IMG/VR virus record: IMGVR_UViG_3300025121_000282
Location: 250,887 to 314,886 of that record
Direction: 5' to 3' (one strand)
Length of the DNA stretch: 64,000 nucleotides
Positions 10,112 through 20,911 of this stretch are shown here, in pieces; within the stretch, counting starts at the first letter, position 1; each line of letters starts with the position of its first letter. Made by a program: the position numbers and the translations under genes. The notes below the pieces were generated by a model. It was not told where the DNA came from, searched no databases, and worked only from the letters and a program-made list of their open reading frames with translations.

Positions 10112-13100
10112 TTAAGCTGTAGCCCTTCTTCGGTCGTGGTCATACAAAATACCCAACACTGTTTGTTTTACAGCGTTGATGTCACCACCATGTATGTTTA
10201 TAGTAATGTTAGCACCCGAACCACCCCCGTTATTAGCCAGGGCCCCAGTTTTCATTTGTTCAGCTTGAGCAGGCTTATATATCTCTCCCGGCATTATCTG
10301 GGCCAAACCACCACGAGTAATTTTTGCATCATGCATTGTAAGTAACTTAAGTCTGTTAGCCTGACCCGGGTCTGCATTCATAGCCAATTTGGTTGCACTG
10401 CTAATCTCTCCGGACCCACCCACATACTCTGAGACTTCAGCCAATTGGTCAGGGGTAAGCGACGAGTCAGCTAGGCTGTTTAGTATATTACCCTTATTTA
10501 CTTTGTTGGATATGTCATCTCCAAGTCCTTTAACCGTATCTTTGCCCAATTCGCCCAATGTGTTTAAAGACCCCCCACTTTCCACCCTTTTTAGTATGTC
10601 TTCTGTACCTTTCATCTTTTCATCCATTTCTGCGTATAACTTATTTCCTTCAGATATAGTTTCTACAACATTTTTAAGTGGGTCCTCAGTTAACACGCCA
10701 GGGAGAGGAATCACAGGTTCGTTTTGTGTAAGTACTGGTTCTGAACCTTTGTCAAATCTGTGACCATACTTCTTGTTAAGTTCTGTAACTCGGGTCTCTT
10801 CCTCCTTTTTTGCGTTTGCATCTTCTTGGGCTAGCTTCTCTTGGGCTTTCTGTCTTTCTTTTGGGGGTAATTTGGTTATTGTTGCCTCTTTCTCCTTACG
10901 TGCTTTGTCTTTTTCAGCTTTGTCTTTTTCAGCTTTCTTATTTTCAATTTCAAATTCTTGTTTGGCTTTAGCGTCCATTAGTGTATTAACATAAGTTTGC
11001 ATAACTTCTATAGAGGCATCTTCGGCCACACTGTTGCCAGTAATGGCATTCAATGTCTCACTTTTATCTCTAACTTCCTTTAACCTCTTTTTTTGGTATG
11101 CAATTGCACCGTCTTGTTTTTCAGCACCTTCTTTATCGCCCACTTCGAGCATTTTTTCTTTTTTTCTTTGCTCATTTTTTAAGTCTGCCTTTACTGCTTT
11201 TTCTTCTTTTCTGTATTGTGAAGTCAACTTATCTTTGTTGGTACCGCCGAACATTCGACTGTTGGCAAAGTAATCAACAATGTCATAAATACCGCCAGAT
11301 ATTTGATTTAAAATTGCAGGTATAACTTGGCTCAAAGCATCGGCCATGGTTGTGGTATTTTCGGCCGTCTCTTTGGCAGGACCAGCCATGGTGCCCATAA
11401 GTGCTTTCTTCTGTTCGTCAGACATGGTGGCTATGGCCTTTTCTAAACTCCCACCACCTATGTCCTTTACATAAGATCCAAGTGCACTTAGTTGTCTAAA
11501 TTGCTCGTCGTTCATGACACCAGCACCCTCAGCAGCTAATTTGCTCCTGGAGGTCATTTTATCCATGTCACCTATGTCGTATATGCCCGTCATACGACCG
11601 ATTTCTGCCATTTTTGTCTCAAGCTTTCCTTGAAGGTCTGTGGCTGGCAGAGCCATGGCAGCATTCATAATGCCACCCTTCCCAAACTGAGTGGCTTGAG
11701 ACAGTGCTGCAGTTGCTTGTCTATACTTTCCTTGTTCCTCTACGGTGGCAGTTTTCTTTTGCATTTTTGGGATCAGTGCGTCCCTAATACCCTTCAACGT
11801 TTTAATTCTCTCAGACCTATTTTCTTTGGTAGTAGTGTCCCCATCACCTATAGCTCTGTCTACACTTCTGTTTACAGAACCCTCCACGGCTTTAGTACCA
11901 CGTCTGCCACCTATAGCCAAAGCACGTATTGAACCTTGCATACTTTCGTTATGGTAAAAACTGGCTATCCCAGCCATAGCCCGCTCTGCTTCATCGGGGC
12001 CTAGGGCCATAGACAGTTCTTTTAATAAAGAGGATGTTTCTTCTACCTTAATCCCATAAAGTCCCATACCCTTAGTGGTATTTTTAACTATATCAAAAAA
12101 CCTTTTGGTCTGCATTCCAGATGACAGTGCGTCCTGAGACAGTGCAGCCATCGACATTTTTACGTCGTCTAAGCTCATCCCAAGGTTTGTAACCCAGGTA
12201 CCCAGGGCATCACCGATTTCGCTTAGTGGTACTCCCAAGTTCAGATGTAACATGACGGCGTTTTTCATCAAGTCATTTTCAAATGAGGTGAATGTTTCAC
12301 CAGCTATGTTTTGTAGATCTTTGACAGATACGTTCGCCCCCTGTATAGCATTTAAAAATTCCATATGTTGTTTTGGGTCTACACGCCACATCCTATTAAA
12401 GTCAAACTTCACAATGGCGTCATTGTACTTTTCTAGTCCGTCAAAAATGTCTTTAGAATTTGAGGACATCCCACCAGCAGTTGCACCAGAGGTATCCTTT
12501 AGGAATTGGAGTCCACCGCCAGCTTCAACAGCCGATTTGGAGAACTCTTTAAATTGAGTGTCTGCAGCAGACAACAAACCTATGAGAGCACCTATGACAC
12601 CTGCGGCTCCACCCATATACATACCAAATTTGGCTGCTTTCAGTCCAGAGCCACCCGCCTTTTTTTCTTTATGTTCTAGGTGCGCTAATCCAGCTTTCCC
12701 CAGTCCACCGCCTGTAGTAGCAATGGCACCAAATAAGTCTTTGGACGCAAATTTCCCTATGCCACCCTTGATGGCGCCAAATACGTCTTTTGCTAGTTTG
12801 CCTTTAAATTCTGCATCAATTTTTAACTTAATCTCTATCTCTGCTTGTTTTAATAATTTCTCTCTGGCGTCCTCAATACCACTGGTTATTTGGGCAATGT
12901 CATCTTTTATATCGCCCATCTCCACAGCAATTTTGTCTTGTTTGGGGGCATTTCCCGCAGCTTTATCATACTGTTTCTTTTTCTTTGAGAGTTTTGAGTA
13001 TAACTGATCAAGTTTTTCCAACCCAGAGGTGTCTACACTGATTTTAAGTTCATTGGATAGTTGTGATAAGTCTTTTGATACCTTTTTATTTAAGGTTTTG

Positions 13101-13288
13101 AGTGCTTTGGTTGCTTTGCTCAGAGCCTTGTCAGAATTTATGCCAAATTCCAGGTCTATCCTTAAAGATTTTTCTATACGCGATTGGAACTTTTTTATGT
13201 CGTCTTCTGCGTCACTTATAACTGATTGCAACTTATTGGTTTTTGTGTCGATATCAAGTAGAAATTTGATTGTCTCTGTGCTGGCCAT
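10112..13288 (-). CDS. Tape measure protein (1058 aa)
   Basis: Long helical/coiled-coil Ala/Gly/Lys-rich protein ending in NITINIHGG..VKQTV; follows tube and chaperones. Confidence 0.8.
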   Translation of the reverse strand: MASTETIKFLLDIDTKTNKLQSVISDAEDDIKKFQSRIEKSLRIDLEFGINSDKALSKATKALKTLNKKVSKDLSQLSNELKISVDTSGLEKLDQLYSKLSKKKKQYDKAAGNAPKQDKIAVEMGDIKDDIAQITSGIEDAREKLLKQAEIEIKLKIDAEFKGKLAKDVFGAIKGGIGKFASKDLFGAIATTGGGLGKAGLAHLEHKEKKAGGSGLKAAKFGMYMGGAAGVIGALIGLLSAADTQFKEFSKSAVEAGGGLQFLKDTSGATAGGMSSNSKDIFDGLEKYNDAIVKFDFNRMWRVDPKQHMEFLNAIQGANVSVKDLQNIAGETFTSFENDLMKNAVMLHLNLGVPLSEIGDALGTWVTNLGMSLDDVKMSMAALSQDALSSGMQTKRFFDIVKNTTKGMGLYGIKVEETSSLLKELSMALGPDEAERAMAGIASFYHNESMQGSIRALAIGGRRGTKAVEGSVNRSVDRAIGDGDTTTKENRSERIKTLKGIRDALIPKMQKKTATVEEQGKYRQATAALSQATQFGKGGIMNAAMALPATDLQGKLETKMAEIGRMTGIYDIGDMDKMTSRSKLAAEGAGVMNDEQFRQLSALGSYVKDIGGGSLEKAIATMSDEQKKALMGTMAGPAKETAENTTTMADALSQVIPAILNQISGGIYDIVDYFANSRMFGGTNKDKLTSQYRKEEKAVKADLKNEQRKKEKMLEVGDKEGAEKQDGAIAYQKKRLKEVRDKSETLNAITGNSVAEDASIEVMQTYVNTLMDAKAKQEFEIENKKAEKDKAEKDKARKEKEATITKLPPKERQKAQEKLAQEDANAKKEEETRVTELNKKYGHRFDKGSEPVLTQNEPVIPLPGVLTEDPLKNVVETISEGNKLYAEMDEKMKGTEDILKRVESGGSLNTLGELGKDTVKGLGDDISNKVNKGNILNSLADSSLTPDQLAEVSEYVGGSGEISSATKLAMNADPGQANRLKLLTMHDAKITRGGLAQIMPGEIYKPAQAEQMKTGALANNGGGSGANITINIHGGDINAVKQTVLGILYDHDRRRATA

Positions 13289-13294
13289 GCAAAC

Positions 13295-14332
13295 TCACTT
13301 CCGCTGGCGTTGACGCCAAGCTTCCATGATGACCGAAGGGGAAACGAGACTTTCCCTCTCAAATTTGGCTTTCTCGTCTGATAACCTACGATACTCATTC
13401 ATTTGAGACAAAGTAAGTCCGAACGACTCTTCGTCCAATTTTACGGCTCCATCTGGAATACTCGGCCTACTAACCCTAGCCTGTTGAATAGTGCGGTCTT
13501 TCACAAATTCTTCAAAGTCTCTATTGTCGTCTTCAATCTTTTTTTCGTGCATTTCGATGGATAAGTCGTGTTCATCCTTTTCACCCTTTATCTGCTGCTG
13601 AAGCTGAGTACTAAGTTCATCTGTTGTTCTGGCTATTTTTAATTCATACCCGTCTTCTGTTGTTTCTATACCTTCCACGAGTCTCTGTCTTTTCTTATCT
13701 CTGTCTTTTTCTATACTTCTCTCGTGTTTTTCTAATTTTTCGACAAACTTGGGGCTATTAGTGGCAGCTACTAGTTTAGCTGCCTCGTTGTGCAGGTGTC
13801 GCTGGAATTCTTTATCCTCGCGAGACATAATGCTTATCCATATGTATTGATAGTCGTTTAAGCCTATAAGGTCTGTGCCTGCCATCCCGGTTATTTTCGG
13901 GTCGTTGGGTAGGTGTCCCATCAACCCGGTCCAGTGCATGCTTGACGTCCCCGTGTACGAGTACGCTTCTACGTCTGTACCCAGGTCATTTGCTTTCTTG
14001 TTTAGTTCTATTAGCTGGCGTAATGCTATATTTATTGCGTGAGGAGGCCAATAACTTAAAGACTTGATTACTTTATGTAATTTGGGTCTTATTGGAAGTA
14101 TGTTTATATCGTCGATTACAAATATAGAATATGCTAAAAAAGCAAGTTCTTGATTTTTTAGAGATTGTATTACACCTCGCTCAAAAGAATTGATAGTTTT
14201 CCATACTACTCTAGAATCACCAAATTTACTTGGTGCTGTCAGGAACCCCTGCTGAATCAGGGTTGCTACTTGACTGAGTCTCTCCGCTCTCTGAAGCAGT
14301 CTCTGTTGGTGCAGTTGGTTCACTAGTGGCAC
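13295..14332 (-). CDS. Tail assembly chaperone-region protein (345 aa, GTG start uncertain)
   Basis: Lies between first chaperone and tape measure; overlaps the upstream ORF by 107 nt. Confidence 0.55.
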   Translation of the reverse strand: MPLVNQLHQQRLLQRAERLSQVATLIQQGFLTAPSKFGDSRVVWKTINSFERGVIQSLKNQELAFLAYSIFVIDDINILPIRPKLHKVIKSLSYWPPHAINIALRQLIELNKKANDLGTDVEAYSYTGTSSMHWTGLMGHLPNDPKITGMAGTDLIGLNDYQYIWISIMSREDKEFQRHLHNEAAKLVAATNSPKFVEKLEKHERSIEKDRDKKRQRLVEGIETTEDGYELKIARTTDELSTQLQQQIKGEKDEHDLSIEMHEKKIEDDNRDFEEFVKDRTIQQARVSRPSIPDGAVKLDEESFGLTLSQMNEYRRLSDEKAKFERESLVSPSVIMEAWRQRQRK

Positions 14333-14828
14333 CCTGTCCCGGTACTCGTTCTTGAATAGCCCTTAAAGCTTCCAATTTAGACTCTAGTACAGAGATTTGT
14401 TCTGGGATGCCTAAGTTCTCATACTCCACACCAGCTATAGCCTCAAGTTCTACTTTTGCTTGTAAAACTTGGTATTGTTTGATCAAAGCGTTGATAAGAG
14501 ACTCGTCCCACCCCTCATCGTCATGGCCAATGATGTTGTCTCTTAAATAGATGTTTACGGGGACTTTAGTGTCTGCGTCTATTTCTATATTTTTTAATTC
14601 TCTAAAGCTTATACCATTAAGTTCTATAATGGCATTAGACAGCATTCCTATTTTATATCTACGAGTGTAGAGCAGACCGTCCATTTCTCCGGCCCACTCC
14701 ATTATTTCTGCGTCTCTATTTCGTGTATAAACGCGGAAAACACCCGTGATAGCACCGTCCATGGCACTAAATTTGAGTGTTTTTCTACCTAAGGCTTTGA
14801 ATTTGTCTAGAGATTCTTTTATGCTCAT
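14226..14828 (-). CDS. Tail assembly chaperone (200 aa)
   Basis: Synteny: directly after the tail tube gene; low-complexity C-terminus. Confidence 0.55.
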   Translation of the reverse strand: MSIKESLDKFKALGRKTLKFSAMDGAITGVFRVYTRNRDAEIMEWAGEMDGLLYTRRYKIGMLSNAIIELNGISFRELKNIEIDADTKVPVNIYLRDNIIGHDDEGWDESLINALIKQYQVLQAKVELEAIAGVEYENLGIPEQISVLESKLEALRAIQERVPGQGATSEPTAPTETASESGETQSSSNPDSAGVPDSTK

Positions 14829-14849
14829 TTAATATTTTACAACACTAAA

Positions 14850-15575
14850 TTACCGGTCGGGGCGAGGGGCAGACGCCGGGTGAGCGGCGCCATACAAAGC
14901 ACTTCCGCCGCCTACATCTCTAAACGGGTTGTTACCGGTATTCATGGCATAGAATGTGTCTACACCTTGGAACCCATGATGGCTCACTATGTCAGTGACC
15001 TTTGCAGAAACCTGTTCGTCTATGGCATTGCCGTCAGCAGCTATGCCAGTTTGGCCATAACTTTCAACCCAACAGCCCTCATACCAAGTGACCACAGCAC
15101 TTGTAACACCATTAACTCTGGCGTCAAAATCGGCGTCTGCGGCTCGGGTTGTCATGCCATCGCCGCCGCCATTGTCCATCACATTTCTGTGTGCTAGTTC
15201 GGAGAACACCATTTCCTGCTTGAGATCGAATGGCCATCTATGGTACCTGATGGACCTTACAGCACCGGCAACACCACCTCTGTAGCCCAATTGCTGGTGC
15301 AAGTTAAGCACATACAGCAAGCGACGAGTTATCGAGATGGTTGCCTCAGCGGTATTGCCGGGTACGATTTCCTGCACTCGGTCGCCATAACCGATACCTC
15401 TGACAGCAACCATCTCTCGGCTCTCGGCTTCCTGAGTAAACTCAGAAGAGACGCCTATCTGACTGGCTGTAGCCTCACCGTATGACACCGTGTATATTTT
15501 TACTTTTTGAGAAACAGCAACATTTGTGTTGGGTGTTGCCCCTTCTCGGTAGATATAGCCTGCATTTAGTGCCAT
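14850..15575 (-). CDS. Tail tube protein
   Basis: Downstream of the sheath; VRGIGYGDRVQEIVPG and TWYEGCWVESYG segments typical of myovirus tube proteins. Confidence 0.75.
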   Translation of the reverse strand: MALNAGYIYREGATPNTNVAVSQKVKIYTVSYGEATASQIGVSSEFTQEAESREMVAVRGIGYGDRVQEIVPGNTAEATISITRRLLYVLNLHQQLGYRGGVAGAVRSIRYHRWPFDLKQEMVFSELAHRNVMDNGGGDGMTTRAADADFDARVNGVTSAVVTWYEGCWVESYGQTGIAADGNAIDEQVSAKVTDIVSHHGFQGVDTFYAMNTGNNPFRDVGGGSALYGAAHPASAPRPDR

Positions 15576-15623
15576 GACTTACACTCCATCACTGATTTTC
15601 AGGCTACACCCAGCACAAAACAA

Positions 15624-15983
15624 TTAGACAAGCTTCGGGTAAAGCTGGAAAACTGAGTTCTCAATCCGCTCAACAGCGGCAGTTACAGTTTCCGCAGGCT
15701 CGTCCTCAAGGGGCTCAACCGCGTTGGCAACATCAGCAATCGTGGCCTTGAGAGTGTCCATAGCAGCTGTGGTGTTCACACCATACTCAGCCGCATTTTC
15801 AAAAATTTCGGCAACATTCGCCATGTGGGCCACAACAGCGGCTACTCGGGCCTTAGCCTCAGTATGCGCAGCCGTCTTGTTGTTACCCTCAGGCTTATCC
15901 TCGGTTGCACTGCGACGAGCGGCAAGGCGAGCGGCAATGGCACTTTCGAGAGTAGCTACAGCAGAGGCGATCTTAGTTTCCAT
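15624..15983 (-). CDS. Ala-rich hypothetical protein (probable virion/internal protein), 119 aa
   Basis: Start reassigned to ATG 15983 (METKIAS) with GGAGA Shine-Dalgarno; several K/R-x-A motifs. Confidence 0.55.
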   Translation of the reverse strand: METKIASAVATLESAIAARLAARRSATEDKPEGNNKTAAHTEAKARVAAVVAHMANVAEIFENAAEYGVNTTAAMDTLKATIADVANAVEPLEDEPAETVTAAVERIENSVFQLYPKLV

Positions 15984-16049
15984 CTTTATTTTCTCCGTTA
16001 CAACGTACTGACAGTGTTCAGTTGAATCTGTTAACAAAAAGATTATTGA

Positions 16050-19000
16050 TTACAGCTTCACTCTTAAAGTAAAGGTTGTAACAATCCACAAGACCGGGAG
16101 TATGGTTTGGTATGCAGCTGAGACTTCCCAAATGGTAGGGTCATTGTCGTTAGGCTTAATTTTCACCTTGTCGTAGGCCCCAATGATTTGAACCCCAACT
16201 TCTTGGCCCAAATAATCTTTTACAGTCTTCTCGGCATCTCCAACTAGAGAGCCTACATTTTTCTGCCCGATGTACTTGTTCAACGCGGTGCGGACGCCTC
16301 GCTGAATTCGGTGTTTAACCTGAATCACAGACGGAGTTCTGGTCAACACCGAGGACATATCGGTAGTAACCGAATGGCGTACTTCTATTCTGGAGCCTAC
16401 AGTATGGACCAGGGTGATACCAGCGCTGGCCACCTGATTCATTGTAACTTCATCCATCGTGCGCATCATCTTCTTGAAGCCAACTATGGGCTTAGAAGTG
16501 AAATCTGTAGCCTCATCGTAAGACAGGCTTACAAACCTGCCAGCATAAGCAGCAGCAACGATGGGTCCATCCACCAAAACGGTTGTAGTTCTACCTAACT
16601 CATCCACTAAGTCCATGGACGCAGTATCAGGGTAAACTACCTGAACCAGTTCGTTTCCTATAGCTCGGGCTCTCAATTGAGCCGCTGTAGGAGTGGTTCC
16701 GGACGGGAAACCAACAATACCTGTACGTTCTTTTCGGTTACGAATGCTGCTCATCATCTGGCAGTGTTCTCGTACCGATTGATGTACATCAGCGCTGCCC
16801 GTTAACGGGACTACCACAGCAGGATTGGTCCCATTCGGGAGGGCTACTTTTAGGTCATTCAGTGCAGCAATGTAAACAGAGGCCGAGGCATCAGCCGCAC
16901 CCGACGATTTAAATACCTGCTTACAAGCCACTGCCGAGGCCCCATTTCGAATAGCAAGCCAAGCTGCTAGCGACAACCTATTGGCTGGGTTTACCGGCCC
17001 GTACTCACGAACTACGTCATTCATGTCCGTGAAAATTTTTGGGGTTATGTCAGTTTTGGTGTAAGACCAATCGACGTAGTAACTGTCACCAATCGCGGGC
17101 TCGGCCTCTCCACTAGAACGGTCGAAGGTTTCAACCTTTGCACTGTCTCCAACGGCCACACTCAAAGTATTGGCCACTACTACGCTCAACCCTGGGATGG
17201 AATATGTCGGGGTGTTAGCACTGGCTGTATGCGTTCTGGTTACAGTGAGTCGGAAAGAGGAGTCCTCATCGTAATCAGCTTCAGATGGCAAAACCGTAAA
17301 CCGTAAGCCAGTCACGCTATCGGTGTAAGTTACACCAACAAAGCCATCCGAACCAGTCCCATCGTCACTAAGAACAGAGTCATCAGCAGACCCAGTACCA
17401 CTAGCCTGATTGCTGTAAACGTAAAAACCTTGCTGGGAACCTTGACCTGAATCAGTATCACCTGCTGAAACACCAAGAACTTCCCACGCGTTCAACACCT
17501 GGGCGTCGTCCTCTGCCGATGCAAACGTGACCGCTGTTGAAGTGCCAGAGCTTCTGGTTCTGATTCTAAGGAAGGTTCCGCTGGCCCCCTCAGTGGGGTC
17601 CGTGACCGTGTCTGCTACAAAATTTGACCGGAAAGTGTTAGCAACAGGTGCAGTGAAGTTTCCGCCATCGTGTGCGTTTAGCACAGTTGCTAAATCAATT
17701 GCCGAAACCATGGTCGAGTTTGCAACTACTGCTGCCGTGAAGCCCAACAGCCCATTGGCTACAACGTTTGCTCCAATGGTAATGTTTGACGTGTCTCCTT
17801 CCGAGGGGGAGAGCAACATCAATCGGTCACCACCAGCCTGCCAGTCGGAAATGTATGCCACATCAGGCACTTCGCCTGCGCCGTACACGGCAACAAGGGT
17901 GGCATCCACGCTGGTAACAGCATTAATTGCCACAGCAACAGCTGCAGTAGTGATAGCCCCACCATCAGGCAGTGTAACTACAATGTCTACACCATCTACG
18001 CTAAACGAGAAATCGGTGTCAGCTGCTATCGCGTATGGACCAGCAACAGACCCACGTTGCCAAGCCGGCATTGTGGTGGCTCTAGAAACACCATATACCT
18101 TGGTACCCATAACCAAACCAAGGTCGGTTACATCAAGCTGGTCTCCCGAGACCGCTGTACCTATCACTTCTATGTATTTAGAAGTAGTAGACATGTCACC
18201 AATGGCAGTGTCAACCCCTGCCTCATCCTCAAGAACCCCGGGAGCAGCCGAACCCTTGATAACGAGGTGACCATATCCAGCCTGATTCGCGTCAACTCTA
18301 AATGTGGCGCAATCAGCTAGTTGGGCATTTATCTTAACGACAATGTCGGCAATTGTATCGTCTGCTTCTATGGCAGCAGTTTCTATGCTCGTTCCATCAA
18401 TGTCAAAAGCTACCTTTTTTCCAAGCCAAGCTGCTTGGTATGCTCCGTTTACATACCCACCTACTAAGTGAGCCTTGACTATAGAGGTGGCCAGTTCAAT
18501 TGGAGCAACTGCCGTGTTGGACGGAACCGGACGGAACTGGTCGCTAAACCCAACTCTCAAGTCATACGATTCGGAATTGCCAACTACATACTGTGCGGGT
18601 TCTTTCAAGTAATTCTTGAAAACTACAGTAACTATCTCATCAAGAGAAGTTCCGCCGTAGTGGATGGCATCGGGCTGGCTTTCAGAACCAGACGGCCAAG
18701 CCACCGAAACCGCAGGGGCGTTTCCAGCCAACCCAGGTTTTGAAAATCTTACCTGTCGTAGTATAGTACTATTTTGACCTGTAACAGTGTAGGTTCCCGT
18801 TCCAGAACCGCCTGCAGCCACAACGGCTAAGTTGTAAGCAGACGTGTCATACGCATCTGCAAGTCTGTTGTACCAAAAGGTTGCGTATGCCTTATGATCA
18901 GGAGGGATAGGACTGGACAGAGTAACTTTTCTACTTGATGACTCTACTTTAGAAACAGTTATTGCTGGTCTATTCAGGGCATCCCTAACATCAACACCGT

Positions 19001-20423
19001 GATACACACTCACTAAGTCAGGTCGGTCGTTAGGCAAATCTCTTCGACTATTTGTTATATCCTGAAACACCGAACTGCCAAGTGGGGTGTCATACCCATT
19101 TCCGGTAGTGGGAGCAATGGGCAGGATGAACTCTTTCCGAGACGAGCCAGACCGAGTGCACTCGGTCAAATACAGTCTATTGTCAATTAACGTGGGACTT
19201 ATTTGGGTAGTGTCTAAGTATTCAGACCCACTTGTGTGGGTGTTTGACACCACTCTGTATGCTGCACCCCAGAGAATCTTGGAATTCTCAGAGTCTAGTA
19301 CAAATGATGTATCTTGAGTGTAGTCCGAAGACCCCTCTGTGTTACCAATTCTGTCGATGCTTACAATGCCCGCATCAGGAAGGGTGTCGCCAGTATCTTG
19401 CCAATTTGAGAAATAGTGGGTAACTGTTACAACAGTCCCGGCTTTTGGCGGAAGAGACACAGTTACTAAACCATTGGCCCCATCAACTTCACTAACAATA
19501 ACCTCGTCGTCATCGACAGTGACCGTTACATGGGAGGGGTCAGTAGTAGTGATGGCGCCGTCTCTTCCGTCAACGATGGGGAAGTGAGCAACCTTGAATA
19601 CACAGTTTCTACCACTGGTCGAGGTGGCATTCCAGCCAAGAATAGCATTTGCAGTACCTGCCCCAACAGCGACTTCCTGGTCTGCAGTAAGTCTCAGCAC
19701 CGTTGAACCATTGGGACGTACATCAGTTGATGTCGTAAGTCCTACCGGGCCCACTGTATCAATATCGGTCTTGATTTGGGCTGCTGTTCTACCTAAACCG
19801 GCTGTCAGAGGTATTGTTGAAGAGACTCCATCTACGATTAAAATTAAGGAATCGTTGGTGTCCGCAACCACATCAAAGGTCTCAGCACTGGACTCAAGTA
19901 CAGCTGACCCTAAGGTCACCTGAGAGCTTAGGGTTTCGGTTATTTGTGTGTCAGACCTGCGGTAGAAGTACGTGACCTTTGTTACGGTGTCTACGTCGGG
20001 ACCCACAGACAGAGTTATGTACCCATTGGCACCGTCAACCTCGGTAACTACGACGGCTTCGTCATTCACAACCACGGACACGTGTGCAGGGTTGGAAGAC
20101 GATGAACCGCTACCAGACCCAGTGACTATAGGGTACTTCTGTACCCGAAATTTCACTATAGTGCCGTCTGCTTCCCCATAGACGGGGTTGTCGGTGTCGT
20201 TGTTTGTTAAAAATCTTGACGAAACATTCTCGGAATAAACTGCCGTGTCAACCGTGGCAGAAGACCCGCGTATTACCTCGAAAGATTTTCGCTGTAATGT
20301 TTCGGACCCAGTACCGATGAAAATAGGAACCCTAGCCGAAGCGGCTACAACAGGCTGGGGCTCTTCAACGTTTGTTCTGGAATAGTTACCAGGAGGGGAA
20401 TAACCTTCAAAGGGCCCGGCCAT
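16050..20423 (-). CDS. Contractile tail sheath protein, greatly enlarged (1457 aa)
   Basis: N-terminal Y-x-PPG-x-Y and VPIFIGTG; C-terminal sheath domain (HCQMMSSIRNRKER, VRHSVTTD, YIGQK, YQTILPVLWIVTTF); GAGG SD. Confidence 0.9.
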   Translation of the reverse strand: MAGPFEGYSPPGNYSRTNVEEPQPVVAASARVPIFIGTGSETLQRKSFEVIRGSSATVDTAVYSENVSSRFLTNNDTDNPVYGEADGTIVKFRVQKYPIVTGSGSGSSSSNPAHVSVVVNDEAVVVTEVDGANGYITLSVGPDVDTVTKVTYFYRRSDTQITETLSSQVTLGSAVLESSAETFDVVADTNDSLILIVDGVSSTIPLTAGLGRTAAQIKTDIDTVGPVGLTTSTDVRPNGSTVLRLTADQEVAVGAGTANAILGWNATSTSGRNCVFKVAHFPIVDGRDGAITTTDPSHVTVTVDDDEVIVSEVDGANGLVTVSLPPKAGTVVTVTHYFSNWQDTGDTLPDAGIVSIDRIGNTEGSSDYTQDTSFVLDSENSKILWGAAYRVVSNTHTSGSEYLDTTQISPTLIDNRLYLTECTRSGSSRKEFILPIAPTTGNGYDTPLGSSVFQDITNSRRDLPNDRPDLVSVYHGVDVRDALNRPAITVSKVESSSRKVTLSSPIPPDHKAYATFWYNRLADAYDTSAYNLAVVAAGGSGTGTYTVTGQNSTILRQVRFSKPGLAGNAPAVSVAWPSGSESQPDAIHYGGTSLDEIVTVVFKNYLKEPAQYVVGNSESYDLRVGFSDQFRPVPSNTAVAPIELATSIVKAHLVGGYVNGAYQAAWLGKKVAFDIDGTSIETAAIEADDTIADIVVKINAQLADCATFRVDANQAGYGHLVIKGSAAPGVLEDEAGVDTAIGDMSTTSKYIEVIGTAVSGDQLDVTDLGLVMGTKVYGVSRATTMPAWQRGSVAGPYAIAADTDFSFSVDGVDIVVTLPDGGAITTAAVAVAINAVTSVDATLVAVYGAGEVPDVAYISDWQAGGDRLMLLSPSEGDTSNITIGANVVANGLLGFTAAVVANSTMVSAIDLATVLNAHDGGNFTAPVANTFRSNFVADTVTDPTEGASGTFLRIRTRSSGTSTAVTFASAEDDAQVLNAWEVLGVSAGDTDSGQGSQQGFYVYSNQASGTGSADDSVLSDDGTGSDGFVGVTYTDSVTGLRFTVLPSEADYDEDSSFRLTVTRTHTASANTPTYSIPGLSVVVANTLSVAVGDSAKVETFDRSSGEAEPAIGDSYYVDWSYTKTDITPKIFTDMNDVVREYGPVNPANRLSLAAWLAIRNGASAVACKQVFKSSGAADASASVYIAALNDLKVALPNGTNPAVVVPLTGSADVHQSVREHCQMMSSIRNRKERTGIVGFPSGTTPTAAQLRARAIGNELVQVVYPDTASMDLVDELGRTTTVLVDGPIVAAAYAGRFVSLSYDEATDFTSKPIVGFKKMMRTMDEVTMNQVASAGITLVHTVGSRIEVRHSVTTDMSSVLTRTPSVIQVKHRIQRGVRTALNKYIGQKNVGSLVGDAEKTVKDYLGQEVGVQIIGAYDKVKIKPNDNDPTIWEVSAAYQTILPVLWIVTTFTLRVKL

Positions 20424-20541
20424 GTTTACCTCTCAAACTTATATGGGGTTCCACACAAGTGTTCAAGCCTATTTACATCACCAAACATAATTTAAGGATT
20501 AACGTAACACACCGCACCAATGAAGAGGTGTATTGTTATAC

Positions 20542-20901
20542 ATGGCAAGACAAGACCAAACAATGTCGCAAAATAAGTTGCTCAACAAAGTGCTTGAATT
20601 GATACCCGAGACGGACTTAATAGAGGCTATAGAGGTTTTGCAGCTTAGGTTGTATGGAATACAAAAAGAACACTCAAGCCAGCCACCTAAGCCCAAATCT
20701 GACATTGGGGATGAGCAAATAAAGACATTGTTGTTAGACTTTAGCAACAAAGTCAACTCATGTACTAACTGGCAAATAAAAATTAAGGCTACAGCGTTTT
20801 TAGATGGTGTTCAAAGTTTCTACGACAGGAAGAATTACCTGACTGATAAACAGGTAGCAGCCGTTGCAAGTTACACCAAAAGCTTAGACCAACACAACTA
20901 A
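20542..20901 (+). CDS. Hypothetical protein
   Basis: ORF with GAGGTG SD upstream; C-terminal LTDKQ motif; start uncertain (20542 or 20563). Confidence 0.55.
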   Translation: MARQDQTMSQNKLLNKVLELIPETDLIEAIEVLQLRLYGIQKEHSSQPPKPKSDIGDEQIKTLLLDFSNKVNSCTNWQIKIKATAFLDGVQSFYDRKNYLTDKQVAAVASYTKSLDQHN

Positions 20902-20911
20902 AGCAGGTCAA

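Noticed and set aside
34-20181. Numerous plus-strand ORFs in the track (also at 43.8-63 kb)
   Set aside because: They are antisense shadows of long minus-strand genes, lack SD sites and recognisable motifs
1-20423. Bacterial T6SS or extracellular contractile injection system
   Set aside because: Neck/head-completion genes, holin-like gene, tRNA, intein and phage-type accessory genes indicate a phage; no T6SS membrane complex or eCIS AAA+ ATPase seen
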